36,417 nt of DNA from a virus. Lineage: Duplodnaviria > Caudoviricetes. How positions within the stretch are numbered: the first letter of the stretch is position 1; every line of letters starts with the position of its first letter. Where the stretch lies: positions 1 through 36,417 of IMG/VR virus record IMGVR_UViG_3300036444_000041. One strand, written 5' to 3'. This document shows positions 35,056 to 36,417 of this stretch, in pieces. Made by a program: the position numbers and the translations under genes. Under the pieces are notes generated by a model that saw only the letters and a program-made list of their open reading frames with translations, was not told the origin of the DNA and searched no databases.

Positions 35056-35976
35056 TCAGGCGGTGAGCAGGCGGCTCCACAGCGACGATCTGTGAACGTC
35101 GGCATTCGGCAAGGAGAGCACAAATTGGGTCACACTGGTCCAGCGTCGACCGAAGTTCGTCCCGAGCCCGAAGGTCAGAGCCTGGAAATGCTCCTCCATC
35201 TCGGGAGAGGCTGAGCAAACCTCAGGCGTGCGCCATCCGGGGCGGTTGTCGATTGGCTCCTCGCCGTCATGAAAGATCATCGGCAGGATTTCATCCGATC
35301 CACCGAAGCGGCGGCGGTTTTTGATGTCGTTCTCGAGGTAGACCGTCACCGGCGTTTTGAAGCCGACGCAGGGCAGGGCAGCGTGCAGCCGGCGGGTGAC
35401 GACCATTTCGGCAGTGCGCAGGCGGTCGAGGAGCTTGGCGGCGGCATACCAGCGCTCGACCTGGGACAAGCCCTTGTCGATCTCGGCCGTGACGAATTCA
35501 GCCCGATCCTGAAGCTCTCTGGGGATATGATGTTGAACGCCCTCGGGAACGTCCACAAAGACGACACCTTCACGCTTCGCCGGCTGCTCAAAAAAGCCGC
35601 CCATGAACGTCGTCAGGCACCCAGTGAAGTGAGCAGCGATGCCACGCTGACGTAGCGTGTCGACCGAGTACCGGTCCCGACACCCGATTGAGCCCCGCGA
35701 CCGCCATTCCGCCTCCCAGGTGTCATTCAGCAGCTCAGGGCGGCCGACACAGAAACCGTGGTAGATCGGGCTCAGGCTCGAGCTGGGCACCGCGCGATAG
35801 CGCTTCACGGCGAACCAGGAATTCATAACGACCCGGTGGCGCTCGCTGAGCCGCACCTGATCAAGAGCGTCTCGATTGACGTAGGCGTCGACCGAAGGAA
35901 GCAGAAGCGCAGCAGCCAACGCCTGCACGTCATCCCCGACATTTGGCGTCGAGTACCCAAAGATTGCATTCTTCAT
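35056..35976 (-). CDS. Polysaccharide pyruvyltransferase-like protein
   Basis: NVGDDVQ, IGCRD..S, FTGCLT, VVT.RLHAALPC....TPV motifs. Confidence 0.8.
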   Translation of the reverse strand: MKNAIFGYSTPNVGDDVQALAAALLLPSVDAYVNRDALDQVRLSERHRVVMNSWFAVKRYRAVPSSSLSPIYHGFCVGRPELLNDTWEAEWRSRGSIGCRDRYSVDTLRQRGIAAHFTGCLTTFMGGFFEQPAKREGVVFVDVPEGVQHHIPRELQDRAEFVTAEIDKGLSQVERWYAAAKLLDRLRTAEMVVTRRLHAALPCVGFKTPVTVYLENDIKNRRRFGGSDEILPMIFHDGEEPIDNRPGWRTPEVCSASPEMEEHFQALTFGLGTNFGRRWTSVTQFVLSLPNADVHRSSLWSRLLTA

Positions 35977-36024
35977 AGTGTTACCCCGCGTTTGTCTTCA
36001 ACCTAAAGAGGCGTCGCCCGAGTG

Positions 36025-36417
36025 TCATGCGTGTTCTGACACTGACGTAACAAGGTCCCACCAGCTCGGGTCATCATTGAAGCGGATGACCTGAGCGCCG
36101 GCTTTCACAGCGATGTCGATCATCCCGGCAGTGCCGGCGCCGCCCGGAAAGGCAATCACCCAGGCCGGCTTCATGGTCAGCAGCATGAGGCGGTTGCGAT
36201 AGTGTCCCGCCGGCCTCCCACGCCCCGTCCAGTTCGCCGGAAAGGCCACTCGGTCGATGCCGCGCACTCGAGCCCACTCGTCAGCCAGCCGATCTGCTCC
36301 CAGGGCGTCGCCGTGCGTGAGGAGGCTGATGCCGTGCACACGATGGAAGCTGTCGAGCGCATCGAAAACCCGAGCCTTGTTGTCGTAATTGCGTCCGCCG
36401 CAGACGATGACCTTCAA
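36025..36417 (-). CDS. DUF2493 / YspA-like SLOG family protein
   Basis: VIVCGGRNY, HGDA.GAD.LA..WA, AG..RN..ML, IAFPGG.GT..M. Start lies at the window edge. Confidence 0.88.
   Translation of the reverse strand: MKVIVCGGRNYDNKARVFDALDSFHRVHGISLLTHGDALGADRLADEWARVRGIDRVAFPANWTGRGRPAGHYRNRLMLLTMKPAWVIAFPGGAGTAGMIDIAVKAGAQVIRFNDDPSWWDLVTSVSEHA

Noticed and set aside
1-36417. tRNA/rRNA genes and clear Rho-independent terminators
   Set aside because: No cloverleaf-like sequence recognised in the short intergenic gaps, and the hairpins found lack convincing U-tracts.

Overview
GC-rich tailed-phage (or prophage) segment with podovirus-like architecture, probably infecting a Gram-negative host (spanins present). 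It carries a near-complete virion morphogenesis module on the + strand: terminase large subunit (5'-truncated), P22-like portal, GroES-like co-chaperonin, cold-shock protein, scaffold, decoration protein, major capsid, adaptor/nozzle proteins, tail fibres, a GNAT, large ejection-type proteins, a DUF3380 endolysin and spanin-like genes. No tape measure or sheath gene is visible. After the lysis genes come a Tad2 (DUF2829) anti-defence gene, a second sponge-like small gene, and minus-strand accessory genes (polysaccharide pyruvyltransferase-like, DUF2493/SLOG). The most striking element is an accessory island (~8363-12715) inside the head module. A palindromic divergent promoter drives a ribbon-helix-helix regulator and a small serine recombinase, followed by nine unrelated mini-ORFs, each joined to the previous gene by the same TAA(A)GGAGC junction. 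This resembles an integron-like gene-cassette array built around a serine recombinase (inference). Non-coding patterns include a recurring 18-bp operator-like motif, a CGAATA element upstream of five + strand genes, and RBS-sequestering hairpins ahead of the portal and scaffold genes. All family assignments come from motif recognition by eye, not database searches.
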